Shown here: positions 8,411 through 17,445 of the stretch, one piece after another
Position numbering within the stretch: position 1 is the first letter of the stretch
How the letters are laid out: every line of letters begins with the position of its first letter
From: Planctomycetota bacterium
GTDB lineage: Bacteria; Planctomycetota; Phycisphaerae; Phycisphaerales; UBA1924
NCBI GenBank assembly: GCA_023412695.1
Contig: JAEYNG010000346.1
Span: forward strand, 1 to 30,153
Length of the DNA: 30,153 bases
Reading direction: 5' to 3'
Program-made: the position numbers and the translations under genes
Notes under the pieces: generated by a model
What the model was told of the DNA's origin: nothing
The model's input: the letters and a program-made list of their open reading frames with translations, nothing else
The model's database searches: none

Positions 8411-10021
8411 ATGACGACGGCCCCCACGCGACCAATCCCGACACCCGCCCCTGGCCCGGACGGGCCGGCGGCTTCGAATGCGCCGCTCACGCAGGTCCCG
8501 CAGGTCGATCCCAGGGCCGCGGCGATGATCTCGGCGGACCAGGCGGTGCGCGTGGGCGCGGTGCCGTATGCCTTCGACGGCGCGACGCTGCTGGTGGCGA
8601 TGAACGACGCCGACGACCTCGAGGCCGCAGACCAGGTGTCGATCCTCGCGGGTGCGCCGGTGCGGCGGGTGGCGGTCGAGCGGTCGGTATTCGGCGAGCT
8701 CCTGCGTGAGGCGTTCGGCGCGACCGCGGCCCAGATGGCCCAGCGGCTGGGCGGCGCCGCAGGCTAGGCCGACGACCTCTCGACCAACCTGCAGGCGGTC
8801 GACGCGGACGACGTGCAGCGGATGGCCGAGCAGCCGACGCTGATCAACCTCGTGAACCTGATCATCCTGGAGGCGATCCGCGAGCGGGCCAGCGATATCC
8901 ATATCGAGCCGTTCGAGCGTGCGCTGGTGGTGAAGTACCGCATCGACGGCATGCTGCGGACGCAGAACTCGCCGCCGAAGCACCTGCAGCCGGCGATCAC
9001 CAGCCGCGTGAAGATCATGGCGGGCATGAACATCGCCGAGCGGTACGTCCCGCAGGACGGTCACATCACGCTCCGGTTCGAGGGGCGGAAGGTGGACATC
9101 CGCGTCTCGACCGTGCCGACGATCTACGGCGAGAGCGTGGTCATGCGCATCCTCGACAAGGAAGCGATCACGCTCGACCTGATGACGCTCGGGATGCGCG
9201 AGCCCGACCGCGCGACGCTCGACCGATGGCTCGACCTGCCGCACGGCATGATCCTCGTCACCGGGCCGACCGGCTCGGGCAAGACGACGACGCTGTACGC
9301 CGCGCTCACCAAGCTCTACGACCCGTCGCTGAAGATCATCACGATCGAGGACCCGGTCGAGTACGAGCTCGCGGGCGTGAACCAGATCCCCGTGAACCCC
9401 GAACGCGGTCTGACGTTCGTCACCGGCCTGCGGTCGATCCTGCGTCAGGACCCCGATGTCATCATGGTCGGCGAGATCCGCGACAACGCGACGGCGGATA
9501 TCGCCGTCCGCGCCGCGCTGACCGGCCACCTGGTCTTCTCGACGCTGCACACCAACGACGCGGTAAGCGCCGTCGGCCGCCTGCTGGACATGGACGTCGA
9601 GCCGTTCCTTGTCGCGAGTGTGCTCGAGGGCGTCGTCGCCCAGCGGCTCGGGCGGCGATTGTGTTCCAGTTGCCGGCAGCGCACGCCGCTGACCGAGGCC
9701 GTGCGGCACCGCCTGAGTCCGCGCGAACTTGCGCTCTTCGACCGCGGCGAGGGATGGACCGGCGCCGGGTGCGACCGGTGCGAGAACACCGGCTATCGCG
9801 GACGCATCGGGTACTACGAGATCCTCAATCTCACGCCGGGGCTTCGCGCGGCGATCACCGACGGCCGCACGAGCCGGCCGGAGATGCTCGCGGTGGCGGG
9901 CGCGGGGCATGTCTCGATGCGCATGGACGGGGTCATCAAGGCGGCGGGCGGGGAATCAACCATGGACGAGGTCCTTCGCGCGACGCAGGACGCCGACGAG
10001 CAGCCGACGTCGATCACCTGA
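8411..10021 (+). pseudogene. gspE: GspE/PilB-family secretion ATPase interrupted by one in-frame TAG at 8765-8767 (nonsense allele, split gene, readthrough or sequence error)
   Basis: ORFs 8411-8767 (N-terminal T2SSE_N-like: AVPYAFDGATLLVAMNDADD) and 8813-10021 (ASDIHIEP, PQDG, GPTGSGKTTT, TIEDPVE, LRQDPDVIMVGEIRD, TGHLVFSTLHTN, CSSC..CDRC, GYRGR) are in the same frame. Only the TAG and 15 sense codons separate them. GGAG RBS before ATG 8411. Confidence 0.88.
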
Positions 10022-10043
10022 CTTTCTTCCCCGAATCACAGCC

Positions 10044-11291
10044 GTGCCCACCTTTACGTACCAACCCCTCGGCGGCGGATCATCGTCGGTGATCGATGCG
10101 CCCGATCGCGCCGCGGCGGTGCGCACGTTGCGGGCCCAGGGCATCACGCCCGCCCGGATCGAGCCCGCGACGGGCCCGCAGGCGGCGATTGAACCGACCT
10201 CGTCTGCGTCGGGCGCGGAGACGCCATCGATCGGAATGGTTCGTCGCGGCGGGATCTCCGGCGTGGAGATGGCGGCGTTCATGCGCGAGCTGGCGACGGC
10301 CGTGCAGGCGGGCCTTCCGCTGGTGCTCGCGTTGCGGACGATCGAGAAGCAGAGCCGCTCGGAACGGCGCAAGGCGATGCTGTCGCACCTGATCCACGAG
10401 GTCGAGCACGGGCGCTCGCTGGCCGAAGCCGCGGCGAGCTGGGGCCGGCCCTTCGGCGAGATGGTCGTCAGCCTGATCCGCGCGGGAGAGCTGTCCGGCA
10501 AACTCGGCGAGGTACTCGATCAATCCGCGTCGCTGCTGGAGCGCGAACTGAAGCTGAAGCGGACGCTCTCGGAGGGGCTGATCTACCCGGCGTTCCTCGC
10601 GCTGCTCATCGGCGGCGCGATCGTCGTGATCTCGACGGTCATCGTGCCGAAAATTCTGCGGCAGTTCACAGGGCAGATCTCTTCGTCGCAGCTCCCCCTC
10701 CCGACGCGGATGGTGATGGGGCTGACCGACTTCGTGCAGGGGTGGTGGTGGGCGATCCTCGTCCTGCTTGCGTTTGTCGTCGTGGCGATCTCCAACACCT
10801 ACCGCCAGCCCGCGGGACGGCTCGCGATCGACCGCTTCCTGCTGAACGTCCCCGCACTCGGGAAGGTTCTGCGCGACGTCGCGGTGGCGAGGTTCACACG
10901 CGTTCTCGCGACGCTCGTGAGCGCGGGGCTGCCCGCACTGACATCGCTCCGCATTACCAAGGGCGCGCTGGGCAACAAGGCGATGGAAGAGGCCATCGAC
11001 GACGTGTGCAACCAGGTCGCCGCGGGCCGGACCATCGCCGAGCCGATGGAGGACTCGGGCTACTTCCCGCCGCTGCTCACGCAGATCATGGGCGTGGGCG
11101 AACGGTCGGGCCGCCTCCCGCAGATGCTGGCGCAGGCCGCGGGCGTGTTCGAGGACCGCACGCAGTCCAGCATCCGCGTCTTCACGCAGCTGTTCCCGCT
11201 AATCATGGTCATCATCGCGGCGATCGTCGTCGGCTTTGTCGTCGCCGCCGTGCTTCTCCCGCTTGTCCAGATGCAGGACCTTATCCGATGA
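10044..11291 (+). CDS. gspF: Type II secretion inner-membrane platform protein (GspF/PilC family)
   Basis: GTG start MPTFTYQ; FMRELAT..AGLPL..AL, G.SLAEA, AGELSGKL, LIYP, LPLPTR, ARFTRVLATL..AGLP, FPPL..Q...VGERSGRL; three hydrophobic segments. Confidence 0.92.
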   Translation: MPTFTYQPLGGGSSSVIDAPDRAAAVRTLRAQGITPARIEPATGPQAAIEPTSSASGAETPSIGMVRRGGISGVEMAAFMRELATAVQAGLPLVLALRTIEKQSRSERRKAMLSHLIHEVEHGRSLAEAAASWGRPFGEMVVSLIRAGELSGKLGEVLDQSASLLERELKLKRTLSEGLIYPAFLALLIGGAIVVISTVIVPKILRQFTGQISSSQLPLPTRMVMGLTDFVQGWWWAILVLLAFVVVAISNTYRQPAGRLAIDRFLLNVPALGKVLRDVAVARFTRVLATLVSAGLPALTSLRITKGALGNKAMEEAIDDVCNQVAAGRTIAEPMEDSGYFPPLLTQIMGVGERSGRLPQMLAQAAGVFEDRTQSSIRVFTQLFPLIMVIIAAIVVGFVVAAVLLPLVQMQDLIR

Positions 11292-11722
11292 ATCGAACCA
11301 CCCGCACCACGCGACGCGCCCTCACGCTCGTCGAGATCATTGTCGTCATCGTCATCCTCGGCGTGCTCGCGACGCTCATCGCGCCGCGCATCCTCAGCCG
11401 CATCGGGCAGTCGAAGAACGCGGTCGCCGGAAGCAACGCCGCCGTGCTGGCCAACGCCACGAAGATGTTCCTCGCGGACTGTGGAGGCCGGATGCCCGAG
11501 GGCGCGACCATCACCGCGCTCTGGGAGAAGCCCGCGGGTCTCGAGGAGGGCCAATGGAAGGGTCCGTACGTTGATTCGGCGGACCAGCTCAACGACCCCT
11601 GGGGCAAACCGTACATCCTGGTCGTGCCGGGGAAGAAAAATCTCGACTTCGACATCGTGTCCTATGGCGCGGACGAGAACCCGGGGGGCGACGGCGAGGA
11701 CGCCGACATCGTGAAGCCCTGA
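11288..11722 (+). CDS. gspG: Major pseudopilin
   Basis: Class III signal RRA|LTLVEIIVVIVILGVLATLIAPRI; WKGPY, DPWGKPY and SYGAD..PGGDGEDADI motifs of T2SSG; ATGA overlap with gspF. Confidence 0.92.
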   Translation: MNRTTRTTRRALTLVEIIVVIVILGVLATLIAPRILSRIGQSKNAVAGSNAAVLANATKMFLADCGGRMPEGATITALWEKPAGLEEGQWKGPYVDSADQLNDPWGKPYILVVPGKKNLDFDIVSYGADENPGGDGEDADIVKP

Positions 11723-11738
11723 CGGCACTGGTGCGTTC

Positions 11739-12410
11739 ATGCGCGAGTCGTTCACAACCCGCCGCGGGCCGTACAACTCGAGTGCGAGCGCCGCGCTCCG
11801 CCGCGCGTTCACGCTGCTCGAACTGGTCGTGGTCGTTGTGATGATCGCGATCCTCGCGACGGTCTTCCTGCCCCGGCTCACCGGCCAGTCGCAGCGGCAG
11901 GCCGAGGGCGAGGCGATTCGCGTGCAGCAACTGGTAACCGCGGCGGCGGAGCGTTCATCGCTCGCTGGCGGACAGGTGGCAATCCGGTATACGACCTCGG
12001 ACGAAGGGCCGACGCTGGCGGTTGTCTCGCGCGAGCCGGCCCCGCTGGAAAACGCACGAGCCCGGACGACACCGTCGTGGAAGCCCGAACTGCTCATCGA
12101 CCCCCTGCGGCTGGAGCACCTCGAGCTGAAGCACGCGACCTCCGACGGCCGACGGCTTGACCCGAGGCAGTGGGTTGTGCCGCTGAATGGTGCAATGACG
12201 CGGCCGGCGCTTTCGCTCGTGCTCGGCCAGAAGGACACGCCCGCGGGCGCGGCCTATCGGATCGACCTTGCGCAGGATGCCATCGAGGCACGCCGGACGG
12301 GTCTCGCGCCGGATCAGATCGGCGTCGCCGGCAGCCGTGCGCTGCAGGCAGGTCCGCCGGAGCGTGCGGTTGACCTCGACGCCACCGGGCGGGGAGACTC
12401 GCCATGGTGA
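11739..12410 (+). CDS. Minor pseudopilin, GspH-like
   Basis: RRA|FTLLELVVVVVMIAILATVFLPRL prepilin motif; position directly after gspG. Confidence 0.75.
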   Translation: MRESFTTRRGPYNSSASAALRRAFTLLELVVVVVMIAILATVFLPRLTGQSQRQAEGEAIRVQQLVTAAAERSSLAGGQVAIRYTTSDEGPTLAVVSREPAPLENARARTTPSWKPELLIDPLRLEHLELKHATSDGRRLDPRQWVVPLNGAMTRPALSLVLGQKDTPAGAAYRIDLAQDAIEARRTGLAPDQIGVAGSRALQAGPPERAVDLDATGRGDSPW

Positions 12411-12865
12411 CGGGGCGTGCGGCCTGCAACCGACGCGGCGCGTTCGCGCTCGTCGATGTCATCGTCGGCGCGGTGATCCTCGGCGTGGCGCTGACGGTCA
12501 TCATCGGGCTGTCGGGGCAGGCCGTGACGGCGCAGATCAAGGGGCAGGACCTTGCCACGGCCGCGATGCTCGCGGACGAGCAGTTGCAACTCGTCCTGGC
12601 CCGCGGCCCGGATGACTACACCAAACGCTTCCGCACGGAGGGAACGTGTGACGAGCCGTTCGCCGACTTTGAGTACCAGGTGACGATCACCGGCACGGGC
12701 CAGTCCGCCCCGTACGAGGTGCGGGCGACGATCTCATGGACACGGGCGTGGGGAAAGCAGTCGCTATCGATCGAGACGCTCGCGGCCTCGCGCATCGCCG
12801 GCGAAGACTTCGAGCCCGACCCCGAGCGCCGGCCCGAGGTCCCCATCCAGCGGGTGATCGAATGA
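12404..12865 (+). CDS. Minor pseudopilin, GspI-like
   Basis: RRGA|FALVDVIVGAVILGVAL leader; A.MLADEQL, F.YQVTI and YEVRATISW patterns; operon order. Confidence 0.72.
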   Translation: MVTGRAACNRRGAFALVDVIVGAVILGVALTVIIGLSGQAVTAQIKGQDLATAAMLADEQLQLVLARGPDDYTKRFRTEGTCDEPFADFEYQVTITGTGQSAPYEVRATISWTRAWGKQSLSIETLAASRIAGEDFEPDPERRPEVPIQRVIE

Positions 12866-13707
12866 CCCGGCGCGCCTTCACACTGGCGGAGCTGCTCGTC
12901 GCGATCGTGATCGCGGCGTTCGTCGTGGGCGCGACGTACGGGGCGATCTCGCAGGTCATCCGCGGGCGCGAGTCGGCGTCTGCGCGGCAGCAGGCGTTCT
13001 CCCGCGCGACGATGGCGGCTGAACTGATCGCCCGTGACGTCGAGAGCGCGCTCCGGGACGCGGACCTGATCGCAGTGAAGTTCGCGATCATCCCGGGCGG
13101 GAACTCCGCGGAACGCCGCGACGAGCTGGTGGTGTTCTCCTATCACCCCGCGCCGTTGCGGCCGTGGAACGAGCAGCCCGAGGGCGCGGAGCGCGAGGCG
13201 CACTACCGCGTCGCACCGTCGGGACTCACGAGCCCGGGCGCGGCGTCGCTCTCGCTGTGGCGGCGGATCGACCCCGTGCCCGACGAAACGCCGGATGGCG
13301 GCGGGCTTGCATCGCCGGTGGTGGACGGTGTGGTCACCCTCGAACTCGGCGCGATGGACGCGGAAACCTGGTACGAGGAGTGGGACTCAGATTTCGACGG
13401 CATCCCGCACGCGGTGCGCATCACCGTGACGGCGACCGATGATCAAGGGCGTATGACTGCGCGGGCGCGGCGGACCATCGCGATCGATCGTGTCCCGCCG
13501 CCGTTCGAAGAGGTCTACGAGGAGGAAGCGGAGACCGACACTTCGCAGCCGAGCACCGGTGGAACCGGCGGCACGACTGGCGGCACGGGGGGCACAGGTG
13601 GCTCTGGTGGTACGTCCGGCGGCGGTGGTGGCGGCGGTCGGACGACCGGTGGCGGAGGAGGCGGGCGACCGACCGGTGGTAGCGGTGGAGGGACTGCGCC
13701 GCGATGA
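12862..13707 (+). CDS. Minor pseudopilin, GspJ-like, with acidic and Gly-rich C-terminal tail
   Basis: MTRRA|FTLAELLVAIVI; IARDVESA, LWRR, W.EEWDS...IPHAVRIT typical of GspJ; ATGA overlap at 12862. Confidence 0.8.
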   Translation: MTRRAFTLAELLVAIVIAAFVVGATYGAISQVIRGRESASARQQAFSRATMAAELIARDVESALRDADLIAVKFAIIPGGNSAERRDELVVFSYHPAPLRPWNEQPEGAEREAHYRVAPSGLTSPGAASLSLWRRIDPVPDETPDGGGLASPVVDGVVTLELGAMDAETWYEEWDSDFDGIPHAVRITVTATDDQGRMTARARRTIAIDRVPPPFEEVYEEEAETDTSQPSTGGTGGTTGGTGGTGGSGGTSGGGGGGGRTTGGGGGGRPTGGSGGGTAPR

Positions 13708-15032
13708 TCACGCGCCGACGCCCATCTCGTTCCTTCGCAACCTTCGTCGTGCTCTGGACGATCGCCATCGCGGCCGTAATCGTCGCGGCGTTGCAGGCGG
13801 TCGCTTGGCGGGGAGCGGCATCGGGGCGCGAGACGGTCGCGCGTACACGTGCGAAGTGGGCGGCGCGGGCCGGCGTCGAACGCCAGATCGCCGCGCTTAT
13901 GTTCACGACGCAGACCCCGGATACCGAGTCCGCGTTCGGCACGCGTGACGACCTCGCAGCGGAGGCGTCCGGCACGCTCAGCGGTGCGACGTACGCCGTG
14001 CGGCACGAGGAGCGGACCGGCGTCAAGGACGGGCCGGCGGATGCGCACGCAAAGCTCAACATCAACGCGCTCTCGCGTGACAGCATGCTCCTGCTCCCGG
14101 ACATGGACGAGTCCATTGCCGACGCGATCCTCGACTGGATCGATCCGGACGACGACCCCAATGACCTCGGCGCCGAGATCGGCCAGTATCTGTCGTTGAA
14201 GCACGGCTACGTGCCGCGGAACGCCGCCTTCCGGTCGGTCGAGGAGCTCGAGCTCATCGCCGGCGTTCTGCCGGAATATGTCCGCGGCGAGGATTGGAAC
14301 CTCAACGGGCTGCTCGACCCCAACGAGAACGACGGCGACGTTTCATGGCCGCCGGACAACGCCGACGGCAAGCTCGACGCGGGCTGGTCGGGTCTGCTCA
14401 CGTGCGTAAGTGAACTGGGCGGTCTGGCGGCCTCCGGCCTGCTTCGATTGGACCTCACCATCGCCAGCGCAGAGGACATCCAGAACCGCCTGAAGGTGTC
14501 GGCGACGCAGGCGCAGGCGATCTCCGACGCGTCGCAGTCGGTGACGACGCTTGCCGATTTCATTCGCACGCCACTTCAGGATTTGGTCCCGCAAGGGGCG
14601 ACCCTGCTCTCCGGCCGGCGTGCCACGACGCTCGAGAACCTAAGCAACGAGCAGATCGGGCTGCTGCTGGATGAATGCTCCCTCGGCGACCCCGCGGCGG
14701 AGGCCCCGCGGTCCGGCAAGCTCAACGTCAACACCTGTGACGACGAGATGCTGGAGTACATCGCCGAGATCTCCCCCGGCGTCGCCGACGCCATCATCCT
14801 CGAAAGAAACGCCCGCTCCGCAGGTTTCGGCAATCTGATGGACCTTTTGAGCGTTCCAGCGGTAACCAACGAGGTTCTCGCGGGGATGTACGACCTCATC
14901 GACGTCCGGTCGAACGTCTTTGTCGTGTCCAGCCGCGGCAGGGACGACGCTACAGGCCTCGAGGTGGAGATCGTCGCGACTATCGACCGATCCACTCTCC
15001 CCGTGATGATCAAGGAACTCCGCGTCCGATGA
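13704..15032 (+). CDS. gspK: Minor pseudopilin GspK
   Basis: FATFVVLWTIAI (no Glu5, as expected for GspK), A.WAARAGVE, KLNINA, IADAILDWIDPDDD, RNAAFRSVEELELIAGV, GKLNVNT, C-terminal VRSNVFVVSSRG. Confidence 0.88.
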   Translation: MITRRRPSRSFATFVVLWTIAIAAVIVAALQAVAWRGAASGRETVARTRAKWAARAGVERQIAALMFTTQTPDTESAFGTRDDLAAEASGTLSGATYAVRHEERTGVKDGPADAHAKLNINALSRDSMLLLPDMDESIADAILDWIDPDDDPNDLGAEIGQYLSLKHGYVPRNAAFRSVEELELIAGVLPEYVRGEDWNLNGLLDPNENDGDVSWPPDNADGKLDAGWSGLLTCVSELGGLAASGLLRLDLTIASAEDIQNRLKVSATQAQAISDASQSVTTLADFIRTPLQDLVPQGATLLSGRRATTLENLSNEQIGLLLDECSLGDPAAEAPRSGKLNVNTCDDEMLEYIAEISPGVADAIILERNARSAGFGNLMDLLSVPAVTNEVLAGMYDLIDVRSNVFVVSSRGRDDATGLEVEIVATIDRSTLPVMIKELRVR

Positions 15033-16795
15033 GCCGCCTCCCGAACCACCCCGCCGCGTCCAGCCAAGCGCCCCGCGCAGCGCGCGTCGCGGCCGTCCAA
15101 ACCCGTCCGGATGGCGGATTGGCCATACTTATCGCCGAAACAGGGGGGCCTCAGCCGACAATCGCCGCCGCCCTCTCGGTCGATCAAGCCCAAGCGGCCG
15201 AGTCGCTCAAGCCGCACAAGGTTGACTTGGTCATCCGCCTTGTACCGGGCGCTGAAACCGTCTGCCGCGTCCTGCCGGTCCCCGATGCCATCGGGCAGGA
15301 CCGGTCGCAGGTCGCCGACGCCCTCGGCCTGCTCGCCGAATCGGAACTTCCAAACTCGATCCCCTGGTATCGCCGCGCATCCGGCATCTTGCGCCTTGGC
15401 GACCGGGCCGCGGCCCTGCTTGCCGGGTGGGTCGGAAGCCACTCCGCCGCCACCATTGCCGCACCGCTCTCGAATGTGCCGGAAGTCTGGGTGCCCGAGA
15501 TCGCTGCACTTGGCTCGCTCGGCCAGGCGCTCGGCGGCGGGCCGATGATCGGCCTGACGGACCGCGCGGTCGGCTTGATCTCGATGCTGGCATTCGGCTC
15601 CAAGCGTCCGGTTGGGCGCGTGCTGCGGTTGTCCGCCGACGATGCCGGCTGGCCCCGCGCTGTTCGCTCGGCATGGACAGAGACGGCCAGCGCGGCCGGA
15701 GTCGATACCCCCCCACTCCCGTCCGAGCCATTGCTTTTCGAGGTCCCAACGAGCGCTCGACTCGCGGGCGCGACGCGCGACGCCGAGTGGATCCGTCGGC
15801 ACGGCCTTGCGCTCGGCGCGGTCCTGCTCTACACCAGCGGCGACGCCGCGGTCAGCTCGCTCGTCGCCATGACACCGACCGAGCCCAGCCGGGCGCTGCC
15901 GTTCCATGAGCGCGTGCTCGAAACGCTCTCGCGACCGCGGGTCGCGGTGGCGGTCGCCGCGGCGTCGATCGCCGTGCTGCTCTTCGCGCCATGGGTCGCG
16001 GCCGAGGCGCGATACTCCCTCCTCCGCGCCGAAGCGGGGGATCTCTCCAAGCTCGAAGAGCGCCTCAGCGAGGCCGAACGGCTCTCGGAATTCTACCGCC
16101 TGCTCAACAACAAACGATGGCCGATGACCAAGCTGCTGGCGGATATCGCCGGCGCTGCCCCCGTCGGCGTCGTGGTCGAATCGGTCGAGCTCGCACAGGG
16201 CGAGGCGATCAGCCTCCGCGCAACAGCAGACTCCTCGGAGCTGGTGACGACCTTCCGCAAGAACCTCGCCGACACCAAGGTCTTCCAGAGCGTCGCGACA
16301 CCGACGATCGAGGCCACCGCCGACGGCGTGAGCTTCCAGCTCCAGGCACGGCTGTCACCCAGCGGTGCGATGACCGCCAGCGCGCCAATCGATGATTTCG
16401 CCAAGCAAACGCTCGCGCAACGGCTTTACGGCGATGCCGCGGGGAACTCGGCCCAGGCGGATCACGGCGACGAACCCGCGGACTCCCGAGATGACGACCG
16501 CCGAACGAGCGAGCGCCGCGCCTCCGGTCGCAGTGATCGCGAGTCGTCCGATCGAGGATCCTCTCGCACCGAGCGCAGCGCGGCATCGGCCCCCGCCGCC
16601 GCGCCGACGATCCCGCCCCCGCTCACCGACGCGGAGATCGCCGCGATGGACGCCGCAGCCGCCATGAAGGAATGGGGTGTGCGGCGCAAGGCCTCGACCC
16701 AGCCAGGCCTGGACGCCGCGACTCGCGACCGCCTCGCGGCCGAGGCGGAGAAGTGCAAGGCGCGGATGCAGGCCGCGCGTGGGGGTGGTGCATGA
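15029..16795 (+). CDS. GspL/PilM-PilN-like assembly platform protein with C-terminal extension
   Basis: ~300-aa N-terminal region, one TM segment (VAVAVAAASIAVLLFAPWV), coiled coil, then PilN-like W..LLADIAGAAPVGVVVESVEL...LRATA.....V.TFRKNL....F; operon position after gspK. Confidence 0.65.
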   Translation: MSRLPNHPAASSQAPRAARVAAVQTRPDGGLAILIAETGGPQPTIAAALSVDQAQAAESLKPHKVDLVIRLVPGAETVCRVLPVPDAIGQDRSQVADALGLLAESELPNSIPWYRRASGILRLGDRAAALLAGWVGSHSAATIAAPLSNVPEVWVPEIAALGSLGQALGGGPMIGLTDRAVGLISMLAFGSKRPVGRVLRLSADDAGWPRAVRSAWTETASAAGVDTPPLPSEPLLFEVPTSARLAGATRDAEWIRRHGLALGAVLLYTSGDAAVSSLVAMTPTEPSRALPFHERVLETLSRPRVAVAVAAASIAVLLFAPWVAAEARYSLLRAEAGDLSKLEERLSEAERLSEFYRLLNNKRWPMTKLLADIAGAAPVGVVVESVELAQGEAISLRATADSSELVTTFRKNLADTKVFQSVATPTIEATADGVSFQLQARLSPSGAMTASAPIDDFAKQTLAQRLYGDAAGNSAQADHGDEPADSRDDDRRTSERRASGRSDRESSDRGSSRTERSAASAPAAAPTIPPPLTDAEIAAMDAAAAMKEWGVRRKASTQPGLDAATRDRLAAEAEKCKARMQAARGGGA

Positions 16796-17445
16796 GGCTC
16801 CTCGAACTGCTTAACCAGCTCCCCCGCGCCGCAAAGTGGCTCGTTGTCTTCGCGGCGTTCATCGTCGCGTACTTCGCCGTCATCGAGCCGACGCTGAACG
16901 CGACGAACGTCGCGCGTAACCGCGCGGACCGGCTCGAGGCCGCGTTGCGACGCGAGCGGGCGCTGCTCGCGACCAACTCCGAAACCGGCCGCATGCTCTC
17001 CACCGGCATCCGCACCTACGGCCTGCCGCGCCACCCGACCGACGCGAACGTCCGGCCGGAGACGCTGCAGCGCACGGCGAGCTCGATCCTGCTCGATCAC
17101 GGCGTCGAGAACGCGACGTACAACGAGCGGCCCAGCACGATCCGCACCGAGGAAGCCACCGCCGTCGTCGGGAGCAACAACCGCCTCGAGCGGTTCGTCG
17201 TCGATGTCACCTTCGAAACGTCGCCGACCGAAGCGATGGCGATCCTCGCCGACCTCGAGCAGGCGCGCGACATCACCGCGGTCTCACGCGTGAAGATCGA
17301 CAAGGCCTTGAACAACCGCGGCCGGGCCGATGATTCCTCCGGGCTGCGAATCGTCCGCGTCACCATCACCGTGGAATCGTGGATCGCCCTCCGCGTGAGC
17401 GCCAGCACGGCCAGCGCATCCTGGGCCCCGGAGGGCGGTCGATGA
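16792..17445 (+). CDS. GspM/PilO-like inner-membrane protein
   Basis: N-terminal TM (WLVVFAAFIVAYFAVIEP), coiled coil, ferredoxin-like pattern (VDVTFETSPTEAMAILADLEQ...VSRVKI...VRVTITVESW); ATGA overlap. Confidence 0.62.
   Translation: MRLLELLNQLPRAAKWLVVFAAFIVAYFAVIEPTLNATNVARNRADRLEAALRRERALLATNSETGRMLSTGIRTYGLPRHPTDANVRPETLQRTASSILLDHGVENATYNERPSTIRTEEATAVVGSNNRLERFVVDVTFETSPTEAMAILADLEQARDITAVSRVKIDKALNNRGRADDSSGLRIVRVTITVESWIALRVSASTASASWAPEGGR

Noticed and set aside
8765..8767. Genome-wide TAG reassignment (alternative genetic code) as the explanation for the gspE stop
   Set aside because: There is only one in-frame TAG in roughly 28 kb of coding sequence and all other genes read through under code 11. 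A general reassignment would be expected to leave more.
7131..9910. Long minus-strand ORFs (7131-8444, 7988-9910)
   Set aside because: Antisense shadows of the Spy-like gene and gspE.
9729..10043. ORF-track N-terminal extensions of gspF (also gspG from 10742, gspJ from 12736, gspM-like from 16672 and the PEP-CTERM gene from 22282)
   Set aside because: They overlap upstream genes or promoters. Downstream starts with ATGA coupling or an RBS fit the protein families better.
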